Below, piece by piece: positions 13,163 through 23,927 of a stretch of 35,953 nt of DNA. The translations under genes were made by a program, and so were the position numbers. The notes beneath the pieces were generated by a model. It had not been told where the DNA came from. It did no database searches and saw only the letters and a program-made list of their open reading frames with translations. The DNA comes from Hyphochytrium catenoides (taxonomy: Eukaryota > Protista > Hyphochytriomycota): positions 1-35,953 of the forward strand of contig FLMG01003912.1 in NCBI GenBank assembly GCA_900088475.1, written 5' to 3'. Within the stretch, counting starts at the first letter, position 1, and every line of letters starts with the position of its first letter.

Positions 13163-14640
13163 GTCTGTCTCTCTTTCTTTTATCTCTCTCTATCTGACTC
13201 TCCCTGTGTTGTCTCTCTCTGTCGTTATCAAGTTCTTCACCCGTCTTCTCTTTCGTAGGTTCTCTCTGTCGTCAGCCGCTAGGACTCTCTCTTTACTCCC
13301 CCTTCTTCTCTCTTCTACTTTCCCCTATGTCGTTCAGTCTTACACATGCTCCCGTCGTTGTTACTACCATGGTCACTCTTCTCCTTTGCTTCTTCTTCAG
13401 CTTTCCCCTGTTCTCCTTCTCTCTCTACAAAAATTTCTCTCACACCTTTACCTTCTTTCTTCTTCCCAAGCTCCTGTTATCTTTCTCAGATGGACACTGT
13501 TCCGTTTCTCTCTCTCTCCACATTCTTCTGTTGCTTCCCGCGCTGTCTCTCTGACAGCTCTATGGTAGACTCATGATGCTGATTCTCCCCCAATCCCACG
13601 ACACTGACTCTCTCTCTCTCTCTCTCTCTCTCTTTTCCCACTTTCTCTCCTTGCAGAACGCCTTCTACTATGGCCAACCCTTCGTAGCCGCCTCTTTCAT
13701 TCTCTTTCTCGCTGTGTCTCTCTTTCGGAATGTCCAGGAAGAGTTCCAGTTGACGAGAAACATCATCCGCGTTGTCTTTGCTTTTTCTACCACAGCTCTT
13801 CCTTGGCGTCTCTTTGTCATTCTCTCTCCCTCTCTTATCCCTTCTCTCTCTCTTGAGACTCTCTCTCTCTTCAAGGCAATAGAGGTGGTGACATGGTACA
13901 TCGCGTTCTCCTCTTACCTTTACTTTATGGGCATCGTTCCATGGAGACAGAGCCTCTCTCTGTCTCGCTCTCTCTCCCAGAAAAGCAGCAGGGCTATGAG
14001 CATACGGACAATTGAGAAGGGAGGAAAGATCCTTCCTGGTGCTATTCAAGAAGGAGGGAAGCGCTCTATCTCTGTCTCTTCTACTGTGCAAAGCACTGGT
14101 ATAGGAGAAAGAGAGAGAGAGAAAGAGAGAAAGAAAGAGAAGAAAGTCTCCACGACCGCCCGTGTTAAGCGTCTTCTGAGAGAAGAGACACTTGCTTCCG
14201 AGTTCGCTCTCTATTGCATCAAAGAGTTCTGCTGTGAGAACATGCTCTTCATCTCAATTCTGAATGAGTACGCAGACAGCGTCAAGATAGACAGCAAGAG
14301 CGTGCAAATCTTGGATAAGATGCGTGAGGATTTCTTAGAGGATGGCAGTATGAATCAGATCAACGTCTCGATGAAGCTCCGGAAGCAGACGTTGAAGGCC
14401 GTGAAGGCCGTCATTTCTTTAGGGAGAGAAGGAGAGAGAGAGAAGAAAGAAGAAATTGAAAGAGAAGAGAAAGACAAAGAGAGAGAGAAGGTGGGAGAGA
14501 AAGAGAGACGAGATGCAGAGGATCTTCTTCGTACCTGCGAGAAAGAGGTACTCACAATGTTGATCAACCCTTTCAATCGCTGTCTAGAGAAGAACCCGGA
14601 GCTGATGGAGATAGCTAGGCACTTGCCGGAGGAAGACTAG
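11862..14640 (+). CDS. Multi-pass (probable 7TM) membrane protein with C-terminal RGS domain, 4 exons, ~526 aa
   Basis: Exons 11862-12152, 12435-12508, 12883-13114, 13657-14640. A TACTAAC branch point at 12855-12861 precedes the 12881-12882 AG. About 7 hydrophobic segments, then RGS box: EFALYCIKEFCCENMLF...MREDFLEDGSMNQINVS...CEKEVLTMLINPFNRC. Last exon and RGS domain are secure; the small internal exons are less so. Confidence 0.8.
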
Positions 14641-16446
14641 AGAGAGCTGGAGAGAGAGAGAGAGAGTGAAAAAGAGGGAGAAAGAGAAAAGAGAACGAGA
14701 GGAAGGAAGAGAAAGCTTCAATACCTTCTTATAGAAAATGAAAGCGTGTATACCATAGAAAAGGTGAAAACGGCTTCTGCGTGTTTCGGGGAGAGAAAGA
14801 GAGAGAGAAAGGACGACACAAGAGGGGTGTCAGTGAGTACTGAGAGAAGAGAGAAAGAGAGAGAGAGCTATAAAGGGAGGCGGAAATACGCACTGACTGT
14901 ATCTCAGAGGGAGAGAGAGAGAGAAAGAAAGAGGGCGACGAAGAGAGGGGAGAGAGGAAGAGAAAGAGAGAAGAAAGAAGGAGAGGCAATAGTAAAAGTA
15001 CAGACTCAAACAGGGATTGTGCTGAAGAAGAGAGAGAGAGAGAGAAGGGCAAACTAGAGGAAAGGAGCAAAGACCAAGAGAAAGAGAAAAACACACATAC
15101 ACACATAGCGCGAGAGAGAAAAGTAAGAGGAAGAAAGAGCAACAGCGCGCGCTAGAGAGGAGATGGACGAGAGAAGGCAATAGTACAAGAAAGGAAGCGA
15201 CCACTACTGAGTAGGCAGGAAGGGAGAAACAAATTGTAGATAAAAGAGGGACCGAGAGAAAGGGAGAGCTGGGTCGAGAGACAAAGTCTTTGTGAGAGAG
15301 AGGGGGAGACACTATTCAAGTTAAGAGAGTGAGAAGTAGAGTGAGAGAAAGGACATAAAGAGAGAGAGAGACTACAAGCAGAGCAAGTCAGACCCGGGAA
15401 AGACAGGAGCTAGAGCTAGCGCCAGAAACAGGAAAAAGCGAAACAGAAAGAGTGTGAAAGAGAGAGAGACACAGAGAAACACGACGAACGAGCGTGAAAG
15501 AGAGAGCGAGACAAGAAGAGAGGAAGGAAAAAAGACACCTCACGATCTTCCTCTTCTGCGGATCAGCCCGGTCCCCTGGTCACACCTAAAATCCTTGGAA
15601 GGGAACGTTAAAGAAGAAGAACATCCAGAGATGCAAGAGAGAGAGAGACAGTAAAAAGAGAGAGAGAGAGCGAGCAAGACAGACAGTAATGAGAGAGAGA
15701 GAGAGAGCAAGACAGGCAGTAAAAAGAGAGAGAGCGAGAGAAAGAGCGAGACTAAAAAGAGAGAGAGAGTAGTAAGAAGAAGAAGGGAGAACGTGAGGGG
15801 AAGAGACGATCAAGAGAGAGATAGCAGTAGAACAAGACACAAATAGGGTTCTCTTATGCAGAGAGCGAGAGAGAAGAGAGCAAGAGCAAGAGAGAAGAGC
15901 AACTGAAGAGGGGAGAAGCTTTGAGAAACGGACGAAGCAAGAGGAAGAAGCGAGGAAGAGAAAGAGAGACTCTTGAAGAGGGAGAAAGACCCGAAAAAGA
16001 GCGAGATAACAGATGCCAAACGGGAGAGAATGGAATCAGAATGGCTTGGAAGTCACTGAAAGAGAGTAAGAACGCTGTTCATTGAGTCTTAAGAGGAAAA
16101 AAGGAGAGAAGACGAGAGAGAAAAGAAGAGAGAGAGAGAGAGCGCTTAGAGAAACGAAGGGGCTAGAAGGGAAAGCCATCAGGTAGCCATCTCCAGCAAT
16201 TCTCTCTCTCTCTCTCTTTCTCTTCGCCCACTCTTTCTCAACTCTCTCCTACTGTTTCTCTCTCTTGAACCGCTCTCCTTGCATAGCCTAAGCCAAGAGT
16301 CTCCCTAACTTGTAGAACCTCCATTCCCTCTCTCTCTCTCTCCCCCTCTCTCTCAACCCCTACCACTAGTTCAGACCTAAAGAGAGCAAAAAGTGATGAA
16401 AAAACTCTCTCTCTCTCTCTCTCTTTCTCCCTGCGTCTCTCTCTTT

Positions 16447-19400
16447 CTACCACTCGACTTTCCTCGCTTCTGTGAGATCCTGCCACATCGTTATCCTCTC
16501 CCAGGAGTCCGTCCTATAGACAAACACCTTGAAGCCGTCCGCTGCCATCCGAAGAAACTCCGTGTCAGGGAGAAAGAAAGAGACACCATCCTCTCTCTCG
16601 TGCCATTGAAAGACAGAGAGAAGATGGAGACGGCCGCTCTCTGCCAGTTCGTTATGAGGATCCATGAATATCTCTCTCAGCCCTTCCTCATAGTATTCTT
16701 CGTCGTCTTCCTCGTCGTCTTCATCTTCCGTCCATCCGCCTTCTTCTCTCTCTCTTTCTCTCTCTTCTCTTTCTCTCTCTCCCCACTTGAACTTTATCAG
16801 TGCTAAGCCTAAGCTCATCGTAGAAATGTGGTCATAAGGCCCTGGATGGCCAAAGACGCGAGAACAGTCAAAGAGACCGTCCAGGCGGTACTTAGAGATC
16901 TTTCTCGGGTCGAGAAGATTCTTCCCTGGGAAGAGAGAGGGAATGCCAAAGTTCAACCGTTTGAGCCAGAGAGAAGAGAGCACCTGGAGCTCGAGATGGA
17001 TGAGAGAGAGAGAGACTCTTTTGCCATTTCTCTCTCTCTCTCCTGCGCTGCTACGGAGCCGGGCTGCGGAGATAGGGTTGGGGCTGTCCTGCGGTGGTGT
17101 TGCAGAGGTAACAAGCTGGTTGTCCAAGAGAGAAGAGAGACAAGAGGCTAGCCAATGCGCAGGAACACCTTGATATTGTACCAGAAACTCTAGGAGACGG
17201 AAGAAGAGAGCCAGCGTCATTGGAGAGTTCTCTCGGCACATGCTTGGCTCCTTATACGCAGGGAAGATAATCAGGAGCACCAGACGATGAAGCCAATAGC
17301 TCAGATCTTCACGAGAAGGCAAACGCGATAGATCAGACATTCCAGACAAATCTTCAAAAAAGGCCCGAGACGGAGCCCATCGCGGATCATCGCCCCAGAG
17401 ATCTCCAGAAATGAGCCTGGCTCCCACGAACGGACCACAGAGAGAGAGAGACGGGATCAAGCTATGGCTATGGACATACTCTTCATAGTCTTTCCACAGC
17501 CCAGTGTTGAGCAGCACACCAGCATTCAGATAGCTTGTCTTCTTAGGGCGAAGAGCCGGCATGGCGGCGATAAAAGTGGATAGAATCCCAGTGTAATCTG
17601 GGATATTGCTCGCTGCAATGCGGTCATAGAGAACAGGGAGGCCAAGAAGCTCTCTCTCTCTCTTATCGTCCATCGTCATTCTCTCCAACACTGCATGCAT
17701 GTCGCCAAGACAGAGCTCCAATTTCAACTTTGAGCTTCGGTCTGACGATCCAGATGAAGATTGAAATGGTGCAGATAAGTTTGCAGATGAAGCTCCAGTT
17801 CCCGATGACAAATCTTCATCTCCACCCAAGAGCTTCAGCCCTGCAGCTACTTGGTAAAAGACATACGCAGCCCAGTCAAAAAGACCTCGAAGCGGCACAT
17901 CCTCAGGCGGAGCCTGCATCCACGCCATACAATAGAAGCTACCGATGACATCGTAAGGGCAGAAGTTCGGATTGAATTGGTCAGGAACTCTATGCCATGC
18001 CTTGTCCAACATCGTCACGTTGACTCGCCAGGACTGCCTGATCGCGGTAGAACTCTTAGAAAGAAGAGAGTCGAGCACCTCTGGGTCGAGAGGAAAGAGA
18101 TCAGGAGAGAGGCTTGATGGGAGAGATGGTGGAGAAGACGACAAGGAGGAAGAGAGAGGAGACGCCGCTGCTGCGTTGGCACCAAGAGGAGGAGAAGAAG
18201 AGAGAGAAGACGATGGGAAAGACGAGGAAGGAGGAGGCGGGGGCGGAGGAGGAGGAAGGTTTGACCCTCCACTGGGTGCGGGACGCTTTCTCCCTCTCCC
18301 TCCTCCTCCAGCTCGTGGTGCAGAGGGGGTTCTTACAGGTGGAGGTGGCGGCGGCGGCGCTGGTGGCGGTGCAGCAGCAACGGGAGGCGGCGGCGGAGGA
18401 ACAGGAGCTCCACCACCACCTCCGCCCCCCTTCTTCTTCCCTTTCTTTTTTCCTTTGCCGCCTCCGCCTGCCCTTCCGCCACCTGCTAAGGCAGCAGAAG
18501 CCGATTTTTTGGCCATTGCAGACGGGTTAGTCAGAGCTTCAATGTGCTGAATAAAGAACTGAGAGCCTTCCATCGCGACGTCATTCCTCACAGCCCAGTC
18601 TTTGCCTTGAAGATCCTTGAGAGAGAGAGAGAACGGAAGAACCAGAACCTTTTGCTGTCTCACCCACTGTTCTTCCTCTCTGCATCCCGAGAGAGGGAGC
18701 TGCATCCCGCTTGCTTCCATCGGCGCAGCATCAAACTGCTCAGAGAGAAAATCCGATAAAAGTCTCTTTTTCTCCATAAGAGAGAGACCAGGAGGCATTG
18801 CGAAGGTGCTTAGCTCTTTGGCTGTCATCTGGTTTATCCTGTCCAACATCGCGTGCTTTCTCTCTTCTATGAGAGAGAGAAGCTTTGGCGCAGCCTTAGA
18901 AGAGAGAATGTCATCATGAAAGCCCTCAGGCTTCAGCTGATACTGCTGCAGAGCTTGACTGACAGAGACTTTCAAAGGAGAAACGCGCCACTCCCTAAGA
19001 ACATTAACTATGGAGCTCCATGTCGAGGGATCTACATAGATCCAGCGAAGTAAAGGCTCTGGAGGCGTCTTCGAATACCGAAGCAGCTCATCGAGTTTTG
19101 CAGAGAGAAGATCTGCAAAGAAAGGAGGGAGAACAACGCCCACATAGACATAGAAGAGAAGGGCAGCAACTCTTCCTGCCTCGCCTCCTTCGTAGATCAC
19201 AGCGAACGAAGGTGGAGACGGAAGAAGCGCACGAAGATCGTCTAAGAGAGAGAGAATAACCACGAATCGCGCTAGAGTGTGCGCACTGATGTCATTGAGC
19301 ACAAAGTGCGCCTGAAGATTTCTCAGCACTTTTTCCCGATGATCTCTGTCCTTTATTGCCTCAATCTGCAGACGCAGATCGATGAGAGAGACAAGGATAT

Positions 19401-20714
19401 GCCGTGCATCGCCTACACCTCCATGAAAGAAAGAGAGAGAGCGCAGGTCTTCCTCTGTCATATCTGCGACCTTCAGCCGTGTCTTTGGATCTTCAGCAAA
19501 AATCTTCGGAATGGCAGATCTTCTCTTCTTCATTTCTTCATCAAGTTGAGCTTCGGAGAGATCAGACAGCGAGCCCGAGAGGAGAGAGACAGCTCTGTCA
19601 TGGCCTATAAAGTGAAACTCTGTAGCTTCGTTCTCTCTCGCAGGGCGAAAGCGCGTCATCTCTGACAGTCTCCTTAGCAGCTTCTGCTGCTCTACTCTTT
19701 CCAAAGAAAATGACAATGCCACGGTACCATCCGTCTTCTGTGCATCTGCAGATGAAGATCCATCAGTCGATGAAGGAGCAGAGTCTTTCCAAGCAGCAAG
19801 AACCCGAGCTGTGGCCAGGACACGCTTGGCTTCTTCATCGAGAGGGAGAGAGAGAGATACTGTCGAAGGACGAGAAGAAGGAGGAGGGGGAGACGGAAAG
19901 AGACCCGTCGCCTTCTGTCCTGGCTGCTGCTGCTGGTTCTTTTCTCTCTCTTCTCTCTCTTTCCTCTCCTTCTCTTCCTGCTGCAAACGAAGCTTCCGCT
20001 GTTGCTGTCTTTGCAGTTTCTGCTGCTCCCTGCGACTCATGCCTTTGTTCTCTCTTCCTCTTGCCTCTTCAGCGCCTCTCTCTCCTGGTCCTCTCCTCAC
20101 CGCGGCAATCCCTCCGCCCCCAGCTAATGTCCTCGGGGCTGGGGTCAGAGGAGGAGGAGAGGAGAGAGATGGTGAGGCATTAGAAGCAGCAGGCGGCGAT
20201 GCTGCTGCTGGAGGAGAGGGGGATCGAGAGAGAGAAGGCGCAGACGCCGGGGGAGAAGTAGAAGCGGGAGAGGAGGAGGAAGAGAGGGAGACAGAGGCTA
20301 CCGCCTCTCTCAGGCCCATCATCTCCGCTTCTGATAGCACAGAGACAGCCTGCGCATACTTCCCTGTGTAAAACAGCGCCTTCCCAAGACGTATCAAATT
20401 CTTATGCTCCAGAGGACGCAATGAATCTGCATTTCCAGACGTCTGAGACAGATTTCTGAAGCTTCTGATAATCTCAAGCGCTCTGAGAGAATCTTTGGCG
20501 CTTTCTTCGTACCTTCCGAGCTCATAGAAGCAAATAGACCGATTAGAGAAGAAGACAGGGTCAGACGGGTCATAGAATATCGCGAGAGAGTAGCAGCGGA
20601 CGGCTTCTTGGAAGTTGAAGCGCTTGTACAGCTCATTTCCTTTTCTTTTCCATTCTGCAGCTTTCTCTTCTCCCCCACCCGGTGTACCGCCAGGGGGAGG
20701 GGAGAGAGAAGGGC

Positions 20715-20721
<7 letters not shown>
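16447..20721 (-). CDS. Intronless TPR-repeat + DUF4470-like protein, ~1424 aa
   Basis: Single 4.3-kb ORF; first ATG at 20721 (the track start at 20787 is GTG). N-terminal TPR motifs (AAEWKRKGNELYK...AVRCYSLAI...FFSNRSICFYELGRYEES). Then GHDRAVSL, GGVGDARHIL, LNDISAHTLARFVVIL, YDRIAASNIPDYTG and LLNT motifs, which I recall from TPR/DUF4470 proteins. Long Pro/Gly/Ser-rich insertions. Confidence 0.8.
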
Positions 20722-20745
<24 letters not shown>

Positions 20746-21172
20746 GATCTTGTGTCTTGCTTCCTTCTCTTGGTCTCTGCAGCCCACCGATGTCTGCCGC
20801 TCCCGCTTAAGATGAGTCTCTTTTGTTTCTCATTGCTTTTCTCTTCTTTCAACCGAAGCGGAAGCGTGATACCTAGGTTGCAAGGCGTCAGGGGCAGAAG
20901 CGAAGAAAGAGAAAGAAAAATGAGAGAGAAAACAAAGAGAGAAGATGAGAAGAGCGAGAGGGAGGACAAGCGCGAGGAGAGAGGAGAGAGAAGAACGGAG
21001 ACCGAGGTGGAAGAGAGAGCGCTCTCCCTCAAAAAGGAACTTACCGCGCTGGATTCCTAGTAAGCTTATCAATCAGTTTTTGAAGATTTTTCTCTACAAT
21101 CTGAGGATGCCTCTCCGTCTGGTAGGCCATCCAATGATCTTTTCGAGCCTCAAGTTGCTGCGTTTGAGAGCT

Positions 21173-21173
<1 letters not shown>

Positions 21174-21221
<48 letters not shown>

Positions 21222-21316
21222 NNNCTCTTTCTCTTTCTCTTTCTCTTTCTCTTTCTCTTTCTCTTTCTCTTTCTCTTTCTCTTTCTCTTTCTCTTTCTCT
21301 CTCTCTCTCTCTCTCT
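21174..21316. repeat. (CT)n plus (CTCTTT)n microsatellite ending the microsatellite-rich block
   Basis: About 13 consecutive CTCTTT units from 21225, flanked by CT runs and a 3-N gap at 21222-21224. Confidence 0.9.
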
Positions 21317-22376
21317 TTTTTGTGAGAGCTCCCTCCTATCCAGCAGCCACTTACTGGAGGCAGGCAAAGTCCTACAGTTGTCTTCGCAGCCCCGCCGAAA
21401 CTAACTATAGGAAACGAAAGTAGTCTCTCGGAAAACCCTTATTAAATTAAAAAGCCTTACTCACGTTATAAGAGAATGCTAAATACCCAAAAGAAGGGAC
21501 ACTAGCCGAGGATACCTAACTACATTTGGGATCACAACTTCTTCTTGATTTTTTGAGGTGCCCAAAGGATAGAGATATTCGGAATAATATTACCTAATGC
21601 CCAATACAGTAGCTGACTACTTCAATCGAAAACCGGACTTTCTCTTATTCTCGGCAGTTTTCGGGGTTAGAGAACTTCACATGTGTGAGAAACTCTACAA
21701 GTGGAGATTCGCCAACGTCTGTAATACTCCACAAAGTGTAGAGAATGTCGGTGTAGAGAAAACAACATACAAGCCAGCAAATGGTCGGGGAAGGCAGCAG
21801 GAAAGTAGCAAGAACAGAAGCGACCTCCTTCTCCTCCTCTATCGTGATCTGAGTCCTTGAATAAGCGGTCGGTCGATGAGGAAGAATGACGAGCACGTCA
21901 TAGGAACGCTCTAGAAGAGATGAACTAACGCGGAGCATCGTTTGCCTTTCTAATTTCTTATGCAGTAGATCTACGCTTCTCTTGTTCCCTCATTTTCTTC
22001 TCATTTTCGTTTCCCTTTCCTCAACAGGTTGTCGTGATCTTTGACTGATGATAAACGCTTTCTCTCCTCTTTCAACGCCGGTCTCAGCCCTAGAGTTGTT
22101 TCCACTATTTTGTTCTGACTCAAGTGAGCTGCTTCTTAGGCTGCCCTCCTTCTTTTCTTTCTTGGTTCTTGGCAGCAGCACGCTGAAGAAGAGAAAAATG
22201 GTTCGGAAGTGTAGCATCGTAGCCTCTCCTCCTAACATGTTCGCCTCCTGCCTTTTCTCACCTAACATTTTGCCTGAATTGTCTTCACTATTGCTTTCTT
22301 CTCCCTCTTTCTTCTCCCATGCAGCGAGAGGAAGCGCCACCATGAAGAAGTTGTCCAACGAGAAGGGTTCCCGTTG

Positions 22377-22645
22377 ATAGTCAATATCAGTAGGGTATTA
22401 TCTATAGATGGAGAGATCCCATGAACAACTATCTATGGATAAGGGTAACTCATAGTCAATATTACTAGGGTATTATCTATAGATAGAGATATCCCATGAA
22501 CAATAATACCGGAGTATTATCTATGGATAAGGATAGCTCATAGTCAATATTACTAGGGTATTATCTATAGATACACAAACCCCATACATAATAATAGGGA
22601 GGTATTATCTATGGACAAGGATAGCCCATAGATAATATGACTAGA
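22377..22645. repeat. AT-rich tandem array of 44-bp palindromic monomers in an 88-bp A/B dimer
   Basis: GTATTATCTAT(A/G)GA starts at 22395, 22470, 22514, 22558 and 22602, with a partial copy near 22430. The 44-bp period is exact for the last four. The last monomer holds a perfect inverted repeat TATTATCTATGG-N11-CCATAGATAATA (22603-22637). Confidence 0.9.
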
Positions 22646-22676
22646 GTTTCATCCTATCTGGCTTCTTCGGACCCCA

Positions 22677-22717
22677 ACATTGTCGCCTCACCAGCAGAAA
22701 GACAGAGGCGACAATGT
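22677..22717. other. Perfect 13-bp inverted repeat (hairpin), 15-nt loop
   Basis: ACATTGTCGCCTC (22677-22689) and GAGGCGACAATGT (22705-22717), between the array and the peroxygenase gene. Confidence 0.8.
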
Positions 22718-23021
22718 CACTACTGTTTACCGTTTGCTACTACTGTTTTGCTTCCTCTGCCGCTTGAAGCTTGGGATTAATAACCCAGTGAATTCACTTG
22801 TTGCTTGGCGGCATGTTTGTCGAGCTTTTTATTATTCTTCCTCCTCCTGAGTGCCTCGTCCCGCCCCTCGTCCAGCGAACTCAAAGCTCTCAGCCATTGC
22901 TCACTTTTCCAAGCTGCAACTACGTCGGAAGCGGCAGCCATCAAACCCACCATCGCCGTTATTATTCCCCTGCAAGCAGACAAGAAGCACGTCTCTACTT
23001 ATCCTCAGAAAACTATCTACC

Positions 23022-23927
23022 ATGACGTTCCTGTCCCGCTTCGTGGTTATGGCGCTGTGTGCCCTTATCTCATCGTCTACCGCTCCAGTTAGCCACGCCT
23101 TCTCTCAAGAACTGAGTCCCGAGGCCGTTGAAAAGCTGGCGGTGGGAGAGTACTTTCGCCCGACTAGAGATGTCTCAGGCAAACCAGGGACATCAGCTTC
23201 TTTCAAACGAAGTCCCTGCCCTGCTCTCAACGCCCTGGCCAACCACGGATACCTTCCCAGACGCGGCGAAGGACTGAGCATTGCCTCGCTCTCTGGGGCA
23301 GTCACCGAGTATTTCGGCATTAGCAATGGCTTCGCCAAGCAACTAGTTGCCGCCACGAAGTTCGCGGTTGGCTCTTTCCTGGGTTTTGAGTTCTCTCTGG
23401 CTGACATTAGCAAGCACAACCGCATCGAGCACGATGTTTCCTTAGTCCATAATGATGCTTACATGGGTTCTGACCCGCACTATATCAATAAAACCTTGGT
23501 CGAGGATTTGCTGGCCTACGCTGAGGATGACGGAGTTATTGATGTCCAAGAAATGGGTCTCTTCCGCAGAGCTCGTGAGGCACAATCCATCAGGAGCAAT
23601 CCAAAGTTGACCTTCGGAGCCTTCCAGCAGTTCCTCGCTCATGCAGAAGCGGCGTTCGTTCTCAATGTGCTAGGTCGCGATGAGAAGATTTCTCTGGAGT
23701 ACGCCAGAGCTTTTCTAGCTGAAGAACGGATTCCTGAAGACTATCGCAAGCCACAACCTGACGTGTCTCTCGAATATATACAGCCTACTATGGGCAAGGT
23801 CGCCGCCATGAGAGAAGATGGATCCGTCAAGGTTGGGTTTAGCACGGCTTTCAGTGTAATGCTGAACACGTTGAGCCAGCTGTCTGCACAGGATCCTAAT
23901 TCTCTCGAGCTCCTGAACTCTCCTTAG
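23022..23927 (+). CDS. Heme-thiolate peroxidase (chloroperoxidase/unspecific peroxygenase family, Peroxidase_2), probably secreted, 301 aa
   Basis: Intronless ORF from ATG 23022 with a hydrophobic signal-peptide-like N-terminus. RSPCPALNALANHGYLPR contains the proximal Cys66 (PCP motif); HNRIEHDVSL gives the E136-H137-D138-x-S140 motif; candidate acid-base Glu209 (AHAEAAF); C-terminal FLAEERIP. Confidence 0.92.
   Translation: MTFLSRFVVMALCALISSSTAPVSHAFSQELSPEAVEKLAVGEYFRPTRDVSGKPGTSASFKRSPCPALNALANHGYLPRRGEGLSIASLSGAVTEYFGISNGFAKQLVAATKFAVGSFLGFEFSLADISKHNRIEHDVSLVHNDAYMGSDPHYINKTLVEDLLAYAEDDGVIDVQEMGLFRRAREAQSIRSNPKLTFGAFQQFLAHAEAAFVLNVLGRDEKISLEYARAFLAEERIPEDYRKPQPDVSLEYIQPTMGKVAAMREDGSVKVGFSTAFSVMLNTLSQLSAQDPNSLELLNSP

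Larger units (their letters stand above)
1..21330. repeat. Pervasive (CT)n/(GA)n microsatellite and polypurine/polypyrimidine tracts in introns, UTRs and intergenic DNA (also ~26800-28860)
   Basis: Directly visible. The N gaps (934-966, 3120-3254, 7765-7825, 12673-12710, 21222-21224) all lie within or adjacent to such tracts. Confidence 0.95.

Noticed and set aside
16828-20371. Plus-strand ORFs overlapping the TPR gene; likewise ORFs antisense to PGK, GNAT and the peroxygenase
   Set aside because: Antisense shadows of real coding regions.
22377-22645. CRISPR array
   Set aside because: The constant part is only ~14 bp, the 'spacers' are related alternating A/B sequences rather than unique, there are no cas genes, and the context is eukaryotic.
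22641-22717. Canonical Helitron 3' end
   Set aside because: The nearest CTAG is ~33 bp from the hairpin, further than typical, and no Rep/helicase or transposase ORF is present in the window.
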